From: Alphaproteobacteria bacterium
Lineage (GTDB): Bacteria; Pseudomonadota; Alphaproteobacteria; UBA7887
Length of the DNA stretch: 64,000 nt
Assembly: GCA_965216755.1 (NCBI GenBank)
Contig: CBDCGL010000011.1
Coordinates: 3,168,001 to 3,232,000 of the forward strand
Reading direction: 5' to 3'
Shown: positions 60,710-64,000 of the stretch, piece by piece
Position numbering within the stretch: position 1 is the stretch's first letter
How the letters are laid out: every line of letters begins with the position of its first letter
Position numbers and translations under genes: made by a program
Notes under the pieces: generated by a model
What the model was told of the DNA's origin: nothing
The model's input: the letters and a program-made list of their open reading frames with translations, nothing else
Databases searched by the model: none

Positions 60710-61522
60710 TTAGCGCGAAAACCCCAATACGTCGCGCATGCCATAAAGGCCTGGGGATTGGTCGCGTGTCCACAAGGCGGCGCGCACCGCACCGGCGGCA
60801 AAGATCCGTCGCGACGCGGATTTGTGCGTCAATTCGACGCGTTCGCCATCGCCGGCCAACACCACGGTGTGGTCACCGACGACATCGCCGCCCCGTAGCA
60901 CGGCAAATCCGATATGTCCGGTTTGGCGTGGTCCGGTGATGCCGTCGCGACCACGATCACTTTGGGATTCAAGATCGACGCCGCGGCCCGCGGCGGCGGC
61001 GCGGCCCAATGCCAAGGCGGTGCCCGAGGGCGCATCCACCTTGTGCTTGTGATGCATCTCGACAATCTCGATGTCGTAGTGGTCATCCAACGCCGCCGCC
61101 GCTTGGCGGGTCAATTCCAGCAACAGGTTCACGCCCACGCTCATATTCGGCGCCCACATGATCGGCGTTTGGGCAGCGGCGGTGCGTAAACTTTGTTGTT
61201 GGTCGACATCGAGACCGGTTGTCCCGATGATGTGGCTGGTCTTGGCGGCGGCGGCCAGCCCCGCATGGTAAACGGTTGCCGCGGGCGTTGAGAACTCCAG
61301 CACCGCGTCGCTGTCGGCGAACAATGTCTCGGCATCCTGACGGATGGCGATGCCCAGCGGTTCCAGACCGGCGACCGTGCCGGCGTCCTGGTCGATGGCC
61401 GCATGGCCAGCGTGCTCGATCGCGCCGCTCAACCGGCAACCAAGAGTTTCGTGGATTTCTCGCACCAAGGCCATGCCCATGCGGCCGGCGCCGCCCACCA
61501 CGCCTATGCGCATGTCGGTCAT
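60710..61522 (-). CDS. dapB: 4-hydroxy-tetrahydrodipicolinate reductase
   Basis: G..GRMG, GTTG, EMHHKHKVDAPSGTA, RGGDVVGDH. Confidence 0.98.
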   Translation of the reverse strand: MTDMRIGVVGGAGRMGMALVREIHETLGCRLSGAIEHAGHAAIDQDAGTVAGLEPLGIAIRQDAETLFADSDAVLEFSTPAATVYHAGLAAAAKTSHIIGTTGLDVDQQQSLRTAAAQTPIMWAPNMSVGVNLLLELTRQAAAALDDHYDIEIVEMHHKHKVDAPSGTALALGRAAAAGRGVDLESQSDRGRDGITGPRQTGHIGFAVLRGGDVVGDHTVVLAGDGERVELTHKSASRRIFAAGAVRAALWTRDQSPGLYGMRDVLGFSR

Positions 61523-61588
61523 ATTGTATATCCCCGTTTGTGGATTCGTGAGTCCGGATTTGAGATCGGCGACGAACCGTCAACCAGT

Positions 61589-61763
61589 CTAGAGCCGTGT
61601 CCGACAATATTGAACCATTCTGCCGGAGCGCATTTTCGCCAAGATCAAGTCGCTGTCCGCAGGGCGTATCGGGTATACTGCAAAGGACAGTGATGCAGAG
61701 ATCGGCGAAAAGGCGCCCGGGCCGCGAACAGAATTGATTCAATATTGTTGGACACGGCTCTAG
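61589..61763. mobile_element. palindromic MITE, copy 3 (minimal form)
   Basis: CTAGAGCCGTGTCCGACAATATTGAA...TTCAATATTGTTGGACACGGCTCTAG; the whole 175 nt folds as one imperfect hairpin; abuts the dnaJ stop. Confidence 0.92.
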
Positions 61764-62897
61764 CTAATCTCGAAGATCATCCCAAAGCTCCTTCACCTTG
61801 GCGAAGAAGCCGGACGCCTCGGGGCTGGTGTGATGGCTGCCGGCCGCGTCAAATGCGCGCAGCAGCTCGACTTGCTCGGACGTCAGATTGACCGGCGTTT
61901 CGACCGCGATCTGAACAAACATATCGCCAGCGCCCTGCCCGCGCAGGGTCGGCATGCCCTTGCCGGGCAAACGAAATTGGTGACCGGTTTGCGAGCCTTC
62001 GGGCACTGTCAACCGGGCCCGGTCGCCCTCCAACGTCGGCACTTCGATGGTCCCGCCCAGCGCCGCCGTCACCATGGAAACCGGCACGCGACAATAGATA
62101 TCCAAGCCTTCGCGGCGGAACAGATGATGGCTGGCAATACCCAAAAAAATGTACAAATCGCCGGGCGGGCCGCCGCGCACGCCGGCCTCGCCCTCACCGG
62201 AGAGGCGAATGCGGGTGCCATCCTCGACCCCGGGCGGAATATTTACTTGCAGCCGCTTTTCCTTGGCGACGCGACCGGTGCCGCCGCAAATGCGACAAGG
62301 TTTTTCGATGACCCGGCCGGCGCCATGGCATGTGCCACAAGTGCGTTCAATGGTGAAAAAACCTTGCTGAACGCGCATGCGACCCGACCCCTGGCATGCC
62401 GGACAGTTGATCGGTTTCGAGCCTTTTTCGGCACCGGTACCCGTGCAGGATTCGCAGTTGACCGTGCCGGTCGTTTGGATTGTCGCGGTTTTACCGCGAT
62501 AGGCGTCTTCCAGGTCGATTTCCAGATTGTAGCGAAGATCCGCGCCACGCCGGCCGCGCTCGGTGCCGGCGCCAGCGCGCCGACCGCCCATGAACTCCCC
62601 AAACAAATCGTCAAACACATCGGCGAATGACGACGCGGTGAAGCCAAATCCGGCACCGCCGGCCCCGCCATTCTCGAACGCCGCATGTCCAAAGCGATCG
62701 TAAGCCGCGCGGCGCTCGTCGTCTTTGAGCACTTCATAAGCTTCCGAGACATCCTTGAATTTCTGCTCGGCCGCGGGGTTGTCGGGATTGCGGTCCGGAT
62801 GAAATTTCTTCGCCAACCCGCGATAGGCTTTCTTGATCTCATCGGCGCTGGCCGATCGATCGAGGCCGAGCAAGTCGTAATAGTCGGCTTTCGCCAT
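61764..62897 (-). CDS. dnaJ: chaperone DnaJ
   Basis: HPD motif, G/F-rich region, four CxxCxGxG repeats. Confidence 0.99.
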   Translation of the reverse strand: MAKADYYDLLGLDRSASADEIKKAYRGLAKKFHPDRNPDNPAAEQKFKDVSEAYEVLKDDERRAAYDRFGHAAFENGGAGGAGFGFTASSFADVFDDLFGEFMGGRRAGAGTERGRRGADLRYNLEIDLEDAYRGKTATIQTTGTVNCESCTGTGAEKGSKPINCPACQGSGRMRVQQGFFTIERTCGTCHGAGRVIEKPCRICGGTGRVAKEKRLQVNIPPGVEDGTRIRLSGEGEAGVRGGPPGDLYIFLGIASHHLFRREGLDIYCRVPVSMVTAALGGTIEVPTLEGDRARLTVPEGSQTGHQFRLPGKGMPTLRGQGAGDMFVQIAVETPVNLTSEQVELLRAFDAAGSHHTSPEASGFFAKVKELWDDLRD

Positions 62898-63006
62898 CAG
62901 TAAAGCATCCCCGCCTGTCTTAACGCGCCCGTCGGTGCCACCTCAATTGGCTCTATTGCTCGGCGCGCGGCACCCGGCCTGAGCTATTTTGCCAGGTTTT
63001 TCATGA

Positions 63007-63037
63007 TGATGCCGCATCAACACGTGACGCGGCATCA
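63007..63037 (-). terminator. hairpin downstream of dnaK
   Basis: TGATGCCGC...GCGGCATCA inverted repeat about 20 nt after the dnaK stop. Confidence 0.45.
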
Positions 63038-63059
63038 CCAACATGGCTGCGTTGACGGT

Positions 63060-64000
<941 letters not shown>

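Noticed and set aside
10940-61763. Apparent bias toward G-U wobble pairs on the plus strand in MITE stems, and the shared orientation of all copies
   Set aside because: My hand count is about 7 versus 4 mismatches across only three copies, which is not enough to claim strand-specific selection.

Overview
GC-rich alphaproteobacterial chromosome segment; gene content and order look Rhodospirillales-like (inference). It is mostly core housekeeping genes. A long minus-strand run covers trpS-DUF2333-tauE-usp-nifU-rutE-tsaB-rimI-fur-olsB-olsA-miaB-phoH-ybeY-corC-lnt-XRE-metK-trmB-rimP-nusA-ylxR-infB-rbfA-truB-rpsO-pnp. The window also holds soeABC (sulfite dehydrogenase), nth, adenosine kinase, ampG, ald, a full phoR-pstSCAB-phoU-phoB locus with a visible triple Pho box, maeB, mutS-glnD-murJ, and dnaK(partial)-dnaJ-dapB. 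The most notable non-core feature is a family of 175-221 bp CTAG-bounded palindromic miniature elements (MITE/RPE-like): three copies plus a solo end. Each copy sits at or next to a TAG stop codon, and the copies differ by modular internal hairpins. One copy appears to have separated trmB from its original GTG start, so the element supplies the only full-length start codons. An intact IS5-family element inserted at the CTAG edge of another copy. Gene order also suggests a ~31 kb inversion between trpS and murJ. No rRNA, tRNA or CRISPR array was seen.
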